From Macrostomum hystrix (Eukaryota > Animalia > Platyhelminthes): a DNA stretch of 64,000 nucleotides. The stretch is taken from the NCBI GenBank assembly GCA_950097015.1, contig CATNEN010000002.1, positions 8,556,001 through 8,620,000 on the forward strand, given 5' to 3'. The notes beneath the pieces were generated by a model. The model was not told the origin of the DNA, did not search any database, and was given only the letters and a program-made list of their open reading frames with translations. Of the stretch, positions 11,943 through 24,034 are shown in pieces. The stretch's first letter is position 1, and each line of letters opens with the position of its first letter. The position numbers and the translations under genes are program-made.

Positions 11943-14218
11943 AGTATATTTGAGTTCTAACCCTTGCGCATCATTTATTTACACTTGATCCTTGTTTATG
12001 AAATTGATTCTCTAGTTTTGTCTCAATCATTCAGAGATGGAATCGTGCTCAGTTCGTACTACTTACTATATTATCCCACGTCAGTAGTATCGCAGCTAAT
12101 TTTAATCGCACAGCAGATTTTCACTGCTGCAATGAGCATTCTGGCTGATCTTCGATTTCGCAGTTTGTTATTCGTTTATTTTTTCATCTTCATGTAGGTC
12201 ATTCTTTTCATGACAATGTTCCAGAGGCTTAACCATACTTTTGAGCACATTGGGGTCGTATTCAAATCAAAATGTCACTACTCATTCGCATTTTCTTATC
12301 GCATCAGAGCACAGGTGTTACCGCTTTGTCATGACTTGCTTTTGCTCCTGATATTGGCACCTAACACTAGGCTTGATTCTCGAGCTGTCGACTCTAAGCA
12401 GTTTTTTCTGTTCCTTTTGTTTGTTGCTCACCGTTTTCTGCGTCTCGTTTCAAATTTTAATCAACTTGTGTACACACGCTGAGCTGGCTGAACCAATACA
12501 GACTACTATTAGTAGCACTGCCGCATTCCGCCGCTGTCCTGACTGAAATGTCTCCATGCAAGTTAAGCCAAAGCTTCGCTCACCTTCGCTCAGCCAAATG
12601 CTTGACTGACTTATTATTTATATTCTGCAATGGCGAGCTGGGTTGTAACCCGGGCCTGACAATTGCTCTGGCCACTTTCTTGACTTCCTGGCAGCAGCTC
12701 ACTAATTGATGGAACTGGAGCTGCACCTGCGACTTATCGAACTACAGGTGTTAGTCACTTGGCGATGTGATTGAGCTCTCATCCAATATGGCTGTCAGCA
12801 GGCTTTTCATTGGTCGCATCCGCTCTCTATTGCCTAGTACGGCTAACGGATTTCTCCTTAATTCGATTTCAACTCGCGCCCATCGCTGAGCTGGCTTCCG
12901 GTTTCCGTTACTTGCAGCCACCTGCTGCTGTCACAGTTGCTCGGACTTGCCGCTCTTCGTTGAAGTTGAATTGTTGACACCGCTGGCGCATGGGTTTCGT
13001 GCTTGATACATTCGATATACCAATAATCAACCACGGTCACCCCCTGCTTCATGTTTTTTAATGCGGGTCCTTAGCCCAGCCTTCACAAATGACTCATATT
13101 TCGTCTCTTACATTGAATCGTTCTAGTGCATTCTAAACTCAAGACAAGAGTGACAGTTGGCGAGCTGCTCACAACATTCTCTCAGGAGTCCGCTGCTTAT
13201 TTGAGCACTGTAAATAAGGTCTTCACGCTCTGCGTCGTCATCGCGTTGATGAGCATTGCAACAGGAGCGGAAAGAGAGCACGCTGTTTGTCTTCGGTTGC
13301 GAGTTGAGTAAGAACTCATTGTGATCGGATGAGCTCCAGCAACCAAGAAAGCGAGGCGAGTATGCAGTGCTCGGTGCTCGTCTCGTGACTTTAGTCACGC
13401 CTGTTTGGCCCGGGTTAAGGCTGCACGGCAAAGTTTTTTTTGGCGAAAGTAGCAAGCCCGGGCCCTACAAAAAGTTGCTCTTTGCCTGGCAGCCAGGCAG
13501 GGGAATTGGGGAATATAGATTAGAGAAACTCATCCCGATGCTCTCTAAGCCCGCATGGGTAGCAGGAAGTCAGACTGAGCGGCTTAAGAGCCGGTGACGT
13601 CTCACACTATCCAGGAGAGTCGGATCTTGAAGGCATCGTGTGGCCTAATGACATCTCGACAATGAATAAGTTCTGCAATTAGCCTTGGCCTCTGTCGCTT
13701 CCGCAAGCCCACGCATTCGGGCAAAGGTCCGGAACTTCGGTTGGCTTCTGCGTTTGATTCTCGCGGTGGGCAATTAGCAGAGCACCGGTTGCAGGCAGCC
13801 AGATGTTCTCATAACTCTGATGCAACATTTTTTCGAGGGCATTGATAATAAATCTATATTTGCACACAATACGTATTTGTTGGTCAGAACAATTACCGAG
13901 TTGCAAGTCAAAGGTCGCTTCGAATCATTTTTGACGCATGTTTTTAAGTCGACACAACTTTGCGAGGGACTCTGCCATCATGGAACGCATGGGGCAGCCA
14001 ATGAATCACAAACAATCTAGGCTTTGCCAAGACTGCATCTATTCTACACATCAAAATATATTTGATTGACAAAAGATGGACTGTAACAGATTGATAAGAA
14101 GTTTGGGTTGTAAGGGAGCTAGGAAATGTTAAATTGCAATTCTGCCGATTCGGTGTCTGACAGCTCAGATGACCGCGCACTCAAGCTGGCAGCCTCGTTT
14201 CGCCTGCCAATTCCGTAG

Positions 14219-14842
14219 CTATTTAGCGAGCTCGGTTTGAAGTTTCTCTTCGTAAATGCTTGACATGTCTTCGCCAGACCTCTTGCCGAACATTCCACCG
14301 TTGAATCTCTTGCCGAACATTCCACCGTTGAATCTCTTGCCGAACATTCCACCGTTGAATCTCTTGCCGAACATTCCACCGTTGAATCTCTTGCCGAACA
14401 TTCCACCGTTGAATCTCTTGCCGAACATTCCACCGTTGAACCGCTTGCCGAACATTCCACCGTTGAATCTCTTGCCGAACATTCCACCGTTGAATCTCTT
14501 GCCGAACATTCCACCGTTGAATCTCTTGCCGAACATTCCACCGTTGAACCGCTTGCCGAACATTCCACCGTTGAATCTCTTGCCGAACATTCCACCGTTG
14601 AATCTCTTGCCGAACACTCCACCGTTGAATCTCTTGCCGAACATGCCGCCATTGAATCGTTTTCCGTAAAAATGTTCAGCATCCAGGTCATTGGATGTTT
14701 CCATGTCATGCCGTACAAAGTCTGCATTGTCATCAGCCTTGACTTTGTGCTGTTTGGTGCAAGAGCCGATTGAGAACAGTGCGACAATGAGCAGCGCAGG
14801 CAGCAGGCAGCCGCATTTGTCAATCCTTCCAGACAGCCGCAT
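14219..14842 (-). CDS. Multicopy amidated neuropeptide precursor: 13x FNGGMF-amide, 1x FNGGVF-amide, 1x ...HFY-amide (SIFamide-like)
   Basis: 207-aa single-exon ORF with a signal-peptide-like N-terminus (CLLPALLIVALFSIGSC), an acidic spacer, 14 units of FNGG[MV]F-G-KR (Gly amide donor plus dibasic cleavage site) and an acidic tail. Confidence 0.92.
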   Translation of the reverse strand: MRLSGRIDKCGCLLPALLIVALFSIGSCTKQHKVKADDNADFVRHDMETSNDLDAEHFYGKRFNGGMFGKRFNGGVFGKRFNGGMFGKRFNGGMFGKRFNGGMFGKRFNGGMFGKRFNGGMFGKRFNGGMFGKRFNGGMFGKRFNGGMFGKRFNGGMFGKRFNGGMFGKRFNGGMFGKRFNGGMFGKRSGEDMSSIYEEKLQTELAK

Positions 14843-16129
14843 TCTTTAGCTAACTGTGATCTCCTATAGCTCAGGGATGGGACAGTTGAGCACTCAGGTG
14901 GTGTCGAGTTCCGAATCGTTCAGTATTTTAATAAATTCACAGGAATCGAGGAAGGGGCGGCTATTGCAGGTGAGAAATTAAGGAGAAAAATTCGATTGGG
15001 AAAGATTGGACGATTGAGTTGCAGCCTTTTCGAGCCAGCTATAAAACACACCGCATTGGCTGCTTCAATCCCAACGAATGATCTGCTGGCAGCAGTTGTT
15101 GGCCATGTAAGCCAATAGCAAACTTGTGTAATTCTTGGATATTGCATGCAATTCATCAAAATTGATAAGTTGAGTGACGTACTAGTATACCAATTTTTAT
15201 GTTTATTTTATAGAAATAAAGTTTACACCTGTCCCTATTGGGTCGGATGTGCAGCCGACAGTAAAGTCACAGCTATTGCGAGGTCCATCTGAAAGTTGAG
15301 CGAGATCCTCGCTCAATTACCCCAGCTAATTCTGGTACCCATGCAGCTGAGTGAACTGACGCAAAGTGGAGTTAATTGTCACCAGATCCTTGCAAACTCA
15401 AAGTATTGTATATTAGATCCCTGCAGCATATGCTGGCACCAGAAGACACATGACAGCCTAGGCCCTGTGTGTAGAAGCTCCCTTTGTACGATCTTTTTAA
15501 GATGTTTGTAAAAATCAAAAGGCGATAATTCAAAGCCCGCTATGCAACTGGCTCGCGTAGGACACTTTCTAAGAAAAGTCTAAGAGTCCGGAGGAAAAGG
15601 AGCTAGGGAGGGAGCTAGGGAGGGATGCAGACGTGTGAGGATCCAAGCAGCTGCGTGCAGCGCCTTTGACCGCGAAAGGCAGGAACTGATACAGCTGCTG
15701 TTGCCAGCCTGCAGCCTCTGTGATCTCATAGGCCGCCTCTGGCACTTAGCAACAGTGCACTGCTGGGTCCGGCTGCTCAGAACCACCTGCAGCTACTCTC
15801 CGAGTGTCTCCCTCGACTTACTTTTACCTTAACGGAAAGGCCAGTTAAGCACAAACAACTAACATAATGTAGCATTCATCATGGTTCAAAAATGTTATTC
15901 AAAACAAACAGCTTTTTGTTTTGATAAATCGAAGCAGTACTTTTCATTGTTACGACTTTCTTTATAACGTTTGGTTTCAAACTCAGGTTGACCGAAACTC
16001 GCGTATTTAATTCCGAATCTAAAATTATTCCTGTGCTACAGCGATAAGTTCTTACTTAGCCAAACACATCAGTTCCTAACTTTAAGTCCTTAGTTTAATC
16101 CAGAAGATTTATTTTCTAATCCAGTTCAT

Positions 16130-16785
16130 CATTTCCTAATCCAGATCCATCAGTTTCTAATTCAGATCCATCAGTTTCTAATCCAGATCCATCAGTTTCT
16201 AATCCAGATCCATCAGTTTCTAATCCAGATCCATCAGTTTCTAATCCAGATCCATCAGTTTCTAATCCAGATCCATCAGTTTCTAATCCAGATCCATCAG
16301 TTTCTAATCCAGATCCATCACTTTCTAATTCAGATCCATCAGTTTCTAATCCAGATCCATCAGTTTTTGGTCCAGATCCATCAGTTTCTATTTCAGATCC
16401 ATCAGTTTCTATTTCAGATCCATCAGTTTCTAATCCAGATCCGTCAGTTTGTAATTCAGATCCATCAGTTTCTAATCCAGATCCATCAGTTTCTAATCCA
16501 GATCCATCAGTTTCTAATCCAGATCCATCAGTTTCTAATCCAGATCCGTTAGTTTCTAATCCAGATCCATCAGTTTCTAATCCAGATCCATCAGTTTCTA
16601 ATCCAGATCCATCAGTTTCTATTTCAGATCCATCAGTTTCTAATCCAGATCCATCAGTTTCTAATCCAGATCCATCAGTTTCTAATCCAGATCCATCAGT
16701 TTCTAATCCAGATCCATCAGTTTCTAATCCAGATCCATCAGTTTCTAATCCAGATCCATCAGTTTCTGGTCCAGATCCATCAGTT
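16130..16785. repeat. 21-bp minisatellite
   Basis: Unit cagtttctaatccagatccat, about 31 copies. Confidence 0.95.
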
Positions 16786-17469
16786 TATTATTAAGGTGGA
16801 TAATTAAATAAAAAAGTTTATTGTCCAGGCATTTCGCAAACCTCTTAGCAACAATGGAAAGTAGTTTGAAGTCGGCCAGTTCTGAGCACTCTAATCATGA
16901 GTACACTGAGCTGGCAGCTGGGGTCCCAGATTTATTGGTTTCGTGCGGTCTGACCGTCCAAACGAGCCACATAAAGCGAGGCCGCCCAGACGCTCCCAAA
17001 GTCGGAGGCAGATCAGAAGAAATAAAATCCCAGCTCGCCGGTCATTCCAGGCCCAGCCGTTTCCGCTAGCAGACGGGGCAGCAGACAAAGGAGGGCACAG
17101 AAGGACTCCGGGCCGCTGTCGCGATTAATAGCGGGGAGCCACAGTGCAGGTCAGCACTCAGCCTGCCAGAGCAGCACGGCCCGGCAGTTAATGCTGGAGC
17201 CAGAAAGTATGAGAAGCTAAAAGTTTCTTCTTCATAAGCTGAGCAAGGCTGTAAAAAAGCATTGGCTAGCATTCTGCTTTGTTGCGTGTGAGACCAAAGT
17301 TTCGCCGAGACAACCGGTAGAGTGAAGAGTAAAGCCAGAGCTATAAAAGATTTAGCTGAACTTCAAATATGATTGCAATACGAGCTAATACGAGCTATTA
17401 ATTTAGGCGACTGAACTGCTGCAGCTCTAGCGACAGTTATTGTTGACGAAATATTCTAGCTGCATTCAA

Positions 17470-19235
17470 AGCTGCGATTCCTGCTGCGATTCTAGTTGCA
17501 CTCACAGCTGCGATTCTTGCTGCGATTCCTGCTGCGATTCTAGTTGCATTCACAGCTGCAATTCTTGCTGCGATTCTAGCTGCATTCACAGCTGCGATTC
17601 TTGCTGCGATTCCTGCTGCGATTCTAGTTGCATTTACAGCAGCGATTCTTGCTGCGATTCCTGCTGCGATTCTAGCTGCATTCACAGCTACGATTCTTGA
17701 AGCGATTCCTGCTGCGATTCTAGTTGCATTCACAGATGCGATTCTTGCTGCGATTCCTGCTGCGATTCTAGTTGCATTCACAGCTGCGATTCTTGCTGCG
17801 ATTCCTGCTGCGATTCTAGCTGCATTTACAGCTACGATTCTTGCTGCGATTCCTGCTGCGATGCTAGTTGCATTCACACCTACGATTCTTGCTGCGATTC
17901 CTGCTGCGATTCTAGCTGCATTCACAGCTACGATTCTTGATGCGATTCTAGCTGCATTCACAGCTACGATTCTTGGTGCGATTCTAGTTGCATTCACAGC
18001 TACGATTCTTGAAGCGATTCCTGCTGCGATTCTAGTTGCATTCACAGCTACTATTCTTGAAGCGATTCCTGCTGCGATTCTAGTTGCATTCACAGCTACG
18101 ATTCTTGGTGCGATTCTAGTTGCATTCACAGCTACGATTCTTGGTGCGATTCCTGCTGCGATTCTAGCTGCATTCACAGCTACGATTCTTGGTGCGATTC
18201 TAGTTGCATTCACAGCTACGATTCTTGATGCGATTCTAGCTGCATTCACAGCTACGATTCTTGGTGCGATTCTAGTTGCATTCACAGCTACGATTCTTGA
18301 AGCGATTCCTGCTGCGATTCTAGTTGCATTCACAGCTACGATTCTTAATGCGATTCTAGTTGCATTCACAGCTACGATTGTTAATGCGATTCTAGTTGCA
18401 TTCACAGCTACGATTCTTGGTGCGATTCTAGTTGCATTCACAGCTACGATTCTTGGTGCGATTCTAGTTGCATTCACAGCTACGATTCTTAATGCGATTC
18501 TAGTTGGATTCACAGCTACGATTCTTGAAGCGATTCTAGTTGCATTCACAGCTGCGATTCCTGCTGCGATTCTAGTTGCATTCACAGCAGCGATTCTTGC
18601 TGCGATTCCTGCTGCGATTCTAGCTGCATTCACAGCTACGATTCTTGAAGCGATTCCTGCTGCGATTCTAGTTGCATTCACAGATGCGATTCTTGCTGCG
18701 ATTCCTGCTGCGATTCTAGTTGCATTCACAGCTGCGATTCTTGCTGCGATTCCTGCTGCGATTCTAGCTGCATTTACAGCTACGATTCTTGCTGCGATTC
18801 CTGCTGCGATGCTAGTTGCATTCACACCTACGATTCTTGCTGCGATTCCTGCTGCGATTCTAGCTGCATTCACAGCTACGATTCTTGGTGCGATTCTAGT
18901 TGCATTCACAGCTACTATTCTTGAAGCGATTCCTGCTGCGATTCTGGTTGCATTCACAGCTACGATTCTTGGTGCGATTCTAGTTGCATTCACAGCTACG
19001 ATTCTTGGTGCGATTCTAGTTGCATTCACAGCTACGATTCTTGGTGCGATTCTAGTTGCATTCACAGCTGCGATTCTTGGTGCGATTCTAGTTGCATTCA
19101 CAGCTACTATTCTTGAAGCGATTCCTGCTGCGATTCTGGTTGCATTCACAGCTACTATTCTTGAAGCGATTCGTGCTGCGATTCTAGTTGCATTTACAGC
19201 TACGATTCTAGCAGCGATTTCAGCAACGATTTTAG
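17470..19235. repeat. 12-bp-based compound satellite with higher-order structure
   Basis: Monomers gctgcgattcct, gctgcgattcta, gttgcattcaca and gctacgattctt; diagnostic variants recur at a 948-bp offset (17731/18679 and 17861/18809). Confidence 0.9.
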
Positions 19236-19490
19236 ATTAATTGTTAGATTTCCTGCCTTGACTATCGTTGGCTATTTGCCTAGATTCTAGTTGCGACTTC
19301 TACTCGAAGTAGTAATATTCAAGTAGCGAGGATGCATTTAAACTGTTATAAGATTTGAATTAGTCTAAAATTTAATGAAAATATGCATTTCTCGGTTCTC
19401 TATTTACTGTAAATTTATTAGAAATTTTCCCATTACAATCAGACTAGCCATCAGAGCAACCAGCGAATCAATTGATTGTCTTCAATACTG

Positions 19491-20932
19491 TCAGGCGATG
19501 ACGCCAGTCCTGCGAAGCTCCAGCAGCTCCTCGTCGCCGCAGTCGAGCAGCTCGCGGAGAGCCTCATCGGTGTGCTCACCGAGTCTGGGCGGCGGGCGGC
19601 TGAGCTGGCCGCGCCGTCCGTCGAAGCGCACAGCCGGGCCCGGCACAGTCAGCCGGCCTGCCACCGGGTGCTGGCAGGACACCAGCAACCCGCTAGCCGG
19701 GTCCGCCACCTGCAGATTGTGAGGCCGGTGGGGAATCCAAATGAGCTCATCATCTACAGTGGCCACAATTAGACTGAGCAGCCTCACCTGCGGGCAGGCC
19801 AGAGCCTCCGCCATGCCGTTCACGGGTCCGTGCGGCAGGTCGGAGCCTTCCAGGGCTGCCAGCCAATGAGCGAGCGGCTGGGCAGCCACCAGGCCCTGAA
19901 TTAGCGCCACCAGCTGGCTACGATTGGCCACTCGCAGCCGGTTGCTAAGGAAGCGCTCATCGGTTGCTAGGTCGGGCGAGCCGAGCCGGCGGCAGAGAAC
20001 AGCGAACTGCCTGTCGTTGCCAGCGCCCAGGATGAGCTGCCGGCCGTCGCTGGTGTCGAAGGCCTGGTAGGGCGCCAGGTTCGCGTGGCCTGTGCCCCAA
20101 CGTCGGGGCTCCTGGCCTGGAAGCGGAGGAGGTAACGACGCAATGAGTTTCCTGAGCACAGTTTTGAGCAGCCTAGGACTTAATGAGTTTCCTGAGTACA
20201 CTTTGAGCAGCCCAAATCACCAGTGTATAGGAAGCTCGCAGCCACGTGGGACATTGTGGCCACCTGGGTGTCCAGAAGGTTGGCATCGATCCAGCAGCCC
20301 CGACCGCAGCCCTGGCCATCCAGTGCGTCAGCGGCCTGCCTTCTGTACAGAGCCGCAAGCACCGAGGACAGTGCGTACAGGCCTGTGGACAGGTCGGTGA
20401 CGGCCACTCCGGCCCGCACCGGAGGCCCGTCCGGCTCGCCGGTGATGCTGAGAAAGCCGCCGATGGCAGCCGCCACCACGTCGTATCCGGCCCGCTGGCT
20501 CCAGGGCCCTGTCTGTCCGTAGCCGCTGATGCTGCAGTAGATGAGGCGCGGGTTCAGGCTGCTCAGCGAGCCATAGTCCAGGCCGTAGCGGGCTAGCCGG
20601 CCAGGGATGAAGTTCTCCAGCAGGATGTCGCTGCGCTGGGCCAGCCGGCGGACCAGGTTGGCGCCGGCCGGCTTGGCGAAGTCCAGGCAGAGGCTGCGCT
20701 TGTTGCGGTTCACGCTGAGGAAGTAGACGGAGTCTTCGGCCGGGGGCTCGGCGACGAACGGCGGCCCCCATTGACGCGTTTCGTCGCCGCCGTCGACCCG
20801 TTCGACTTTCAACACATCGGCGCCCAGATCGCCGAGTATCATGGAGCAGTAGGGGCCGGCCAGCACTCGGGTGAGGTCCAGGACTCGAATCCCGGACAGG
20901 GGCCGATGAGCGGCCACGCTGGGTGTCGGGGG
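19491..20932 (-). CDS. SUGCT: CaiB/BaiF family III CoA-transferase (succinate-hydroxymethylglutarate CoA-transferase-like); 5' end not located
   Basis: Exons 20932-20221, 20116-19788 and 19709-19491 with compatible phases. Motifs PLSGIRVLDLTRVLAGPYCSMILGDLGADVLKVE, YFLSVNRNKRS, GYDVVAAAIGG, PYQAF.TSDG and PPPRLGEHT. Confidence 0.9.
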
Positions 20933-20959
20933 CTGCGGAGTGGGTCGATTGTGATGATA

Positions 20960-21250
20960 GGATGAGATCTCAGCGATTCCAGGACGAGACAGGATGAGAT
21001 CCCACAAAGGTTCGAGGATGAGATCTCAGAGATTCCAGGACGAGACAGGATGAGATCCCACAAAGTTTCGAGGATGAGATCTCAGAGATTCCAGGACGAG
21101 ACAGGATGAGATCCCACAAAGTTTCGAGGATGAGATCTCAGATATTCCATGATGAGACAGGATGAGATCCCACGAAGATTCCAGAGATCCCCAAATGAGA
21201 TCTCAGTGATTCCAGGATGAGATCTCAGAGGTTCCAGGATGAGATCTCAG
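20960..21250. repeat. 56-bp tandem repeat
   Basis: gatgagatctcag... recurs at 20961, 21017 and 21073, then decays. Confidence 0.85.
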
Positions 21251-23029
21251 CTGCCTCATTATTGTTTCATAAATTATGCAGCTTATGCCGTTAAATAAAC
21301 TGACTCGCACACAAATTAACCTGATCTCATTTCCTTGAACCAAAGAAGCATCTAACAGTTGAAATACCACGAGGGCATTTCAAATACCAGACTATTTTTT
21401 CTGTATCTCCTAAAATATTCAACCAATCGGCATGAAAATCCGGAACACGGGCTAAAATTTTCCGCTCTATTCGACCAAAAAAGTTCCAGAATCACGAAAC
21501 ATCGGCATCGTCGAGATATTCAATGATTCTCGTCGGGGTGTCTGGTGGCAAAAACCTCGAATATAGTCGGCTAATCATAATGTAATCAAGTCGGCTATCA
21601 TTGACTATTTTAAATTCATTGACAGAGCCATGCTAGCTGTCCTTGTCACCAGGGTCTCCGACAAGAACCGCTGAATATCTCGACGATGCTGACTCGGACG
21701 GCGTTGAAAGTCAGTTCATCGTAAAGGGTGCAAAAAGGGGCGAGTGGGTCAGCGGCTACCGTCGCTGCCTCGTACTCCAAAGGACGCTAGTTCGATTTAC
21801 CCTTCAAGTCACGATTAATTTCGGGACTTGTTGGGGGGGGTTTGGACAGTAGCGACCGGCGGAGGTGCGCCATATTTCGTGCAATCAAAGCTTGAAATAA
21901 TAGCTTCACTCCTACCTTTCTGTGTGCCTGTTCTGCTTTGCGTGAGTTGTGTGCGTTGGCGCTGGGGCGTGAGACCTTGTGGGGGGTGGCTGGGGGCGGG
22001 TGTACACCGCCGCGCGCTTTCTGGATTTCCGTCAGCGCGATTGGATAAGTGTACACTCATCACCCGGCCCCCCTGAGGACTGATTTCATATCAGCCTTCC
22101 GCCCCGGCTTGGACTGCTCTGTGCGTGTGGGGCTGGGTGGGGGCACTGCTGCCTATTCTGGGTGCCTCCTGCCCTCCCCGGCTGGTCTTTGCTGCTGTGT
22201 GTGGTGCCAGCTCAGGGGAGGCGGTGCGATGGGCGCTAAGCGCCTAGTTCGCCGGTCTGGGGGCGTGCCGCTCCGTCGCTTGTGCGACAAGTGCCCCGGG
22301 CCCCCCTGCAAATAGATAGAGATAGAAAGGGTGCAAAATGTTGATTTGGATGGCGGACTTTCACGAAAATCGAGCATTCGGTTTGGGCTTGGGCATGCCC
22401 CATCGATTCCCAGATCTTTCAAAAGGGGGGAAATCTTTCTACTGTTAAATGCGGTCTCTCCGCGGATTCGAGCTCAGGAACCTCGGTGCGAAATCTAATA
22501 TAGATTCTTATTGAACTTTTCTGCAGTCAAAACAGCCCCGCCATTCTTACTTTTAAGCCTTATTAGTTGAGTTTCAATCCCACTGGCTCAGAGGCCGTCA
22601 CCTGACTGCTTGTTAAGCATGCCCAAGACCTGCAAGGTCTGGCAGTCTAGAATTTTTACCTGCCTGGCTGCAAATGAGCAAACAAACCAGCTCTCACTTA
22701 AATAGAAGTCAACAGAGCTAAGGGCGCGAGAAACCCAGACTTAAGCGATCGAGAATAAGTAAAGGTTGCATAACACCTGTTTGAAGATATCTTACAGAAA
22801 TAACAAATCAAAGCTAGTATTTCCAAGCAAATTTTATTTAAATAACTTGATCATTCATTAAAGTCTGCCTTGTTGAAAGTTTACTTGTTTATTTCTGAAA
22901 GTTGATGAGCATATTACCGCAGGTGATTTAAGTAAAAAAGCACTGAATACTTGTACTAATCGGCATGCACTACTGATACAGCGCCTGACAGTAGTAATAA
23001 CTGCACATGGATCGCTTTGAAGTGGGTAT

Positions 23030-23400
23030 TAAAAGGAGATGAGGGAGAAGGTGGAAAGATGAACGGAGAGGATTAGAGATGAAGGGAGGTAGATTAGAGA
23101 GAAGGTAGAGAGATGAAGGCAGAGGATGGGGAGATGAAAGGTGGTGGGGGATGAAGGGAGAAGGGAGAAGGGATGAAGGGAGAAGGTGGGGGGATAAAGG
23201 GAGGTGGAGAGATGAAGGGAGGTGGGGAGATAAAGGGAGGTGGGGAGATGAAGGTAGAAGATAGAGAGATGAAGGGACATGAAGGGAGAAGGTGAGAAGT
23301 TAAAGGGAGAAGGTAAGAGATTAAGGGAGAAGGTGAGAAGTTGAAGGGAGAAGGTAAGAGATTAAGGGACAAGGCAAGAGATTAAGGGAGAAGGTGCTGG
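23030..23400. repeat. Polypurine low-complexity repeat
   Basis: gaagggagaaggt / gggagatgaaggga-type units with almost no C on the + strand. Confidence 0.85.
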
Positions 23401-23414
23401 ATTAAGTGGCTCCA

Positions 23415-24020
23415 TCAGCTGCGCCCATCGGCTTCCCGCGGGGGCTCTGCCGAGGCAGCCCTGTCGTGACCGCGGCCGCCTGCAGCCGCCAGCCGTCGAA
23501 TCCTGTCCGGGCCGTTTGCCTCGCTGGCGACAATGTTGCCAGGCGGTGCCACGAAGTAGTGCTCCTCAGTCACTGAGGCGTTGCTGAGAACGTCAGCTCG
23601 GCACTGCTCATGTGGCGCGTCAGGCCGCAGCGGACAGCGCCAGCCCCAGGCCTCAGGCAGGGAGGTCATCGGGACCACCTCAGGCGGGCCGGTGCGCACC
23701 AGCCGAAGCTCGTCGGCGAAGCGGACAGCCTCTGCCACCACCCGCACAGTGTCCGAGGTGTCAAACTGTACCAGGGACAGGCGCTCCAGAAGGGCGATCG
23801 TGTCGGCGTCGATGGCGGTGGGTGGAGGCAGCTCTGAGTCCAGAGCGTTGCGCCAGGTCGGAGAGTCGGGCACCAGACGGTGGCGGCAGCGGCGCTGACC
23901 GCCGGAGTCGTCACTCAGCCGTACGCGCGGCTGCCAAAGCGTTGCGCGGTGCGTCGTTAGCAACGCGAGCTGCAGCGGTTGCAGCAGGCTGCGTAGAGAC
24001 TGCAAAATTAATAAGTCCAT
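23415..24020 (-). CDS. GATC: Glutamyl-tRNA(Gln) amidotransferase subunit C, mitochondrial
   Basis: TIALLERLSLVQF...AVRFADELR...PMTS...LRPD...VLSNASVTEEHYFVAPPGNI matches mitochondrial GatC. The N-terminus is Arg/Leu/Ser-rich like a transit peptide. An acceptor (cccccag) lies 11 nt before the ATG; an alternative acceptor is at 24000. Confidence 0.85.
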   Translation of the reverse strand: MDLLILQSLRSLLQPLQLALLTTHRATLWQPRVRLSDDSGGQRRCRHRLVPDSPTWRNALDSELPPPTAIDADTIALLERLSLVQFDTSDTVRVVAEAVRFADELRLVRTGPPEVVPMTSLPEAWGWRCPLRPDAPHEQCRADVLSNASVTEEHYFVAPPGNIVASEANGPDRIRRLAAAGGRGHDRAASAEPPREADGRS

Positions 24021-24034
24021 TATTAAGCCAACTG

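Noticed and set aside
12600-13950. Short ORFs possibly from a decayed retroelement or gene
   Set aside because: No recognisable RT, endonuclease or other motif by eye.
15296-17300. GC-richer patches with 60-80-aa ORFs
   Set aside because: No family motif or consistent splice structure found.
17437-19240. Ala/Ile/Arg-rich 570-aa and 459-aa ORFs, and a Cys-rich third frame interrupted by TGA (selenocysteine or metallothionein idea)
   Set aside because: No ATG or signal context; the Cys-rich frame also contains TAA (cttaatgcg), so Sec read-through cannot explain it.
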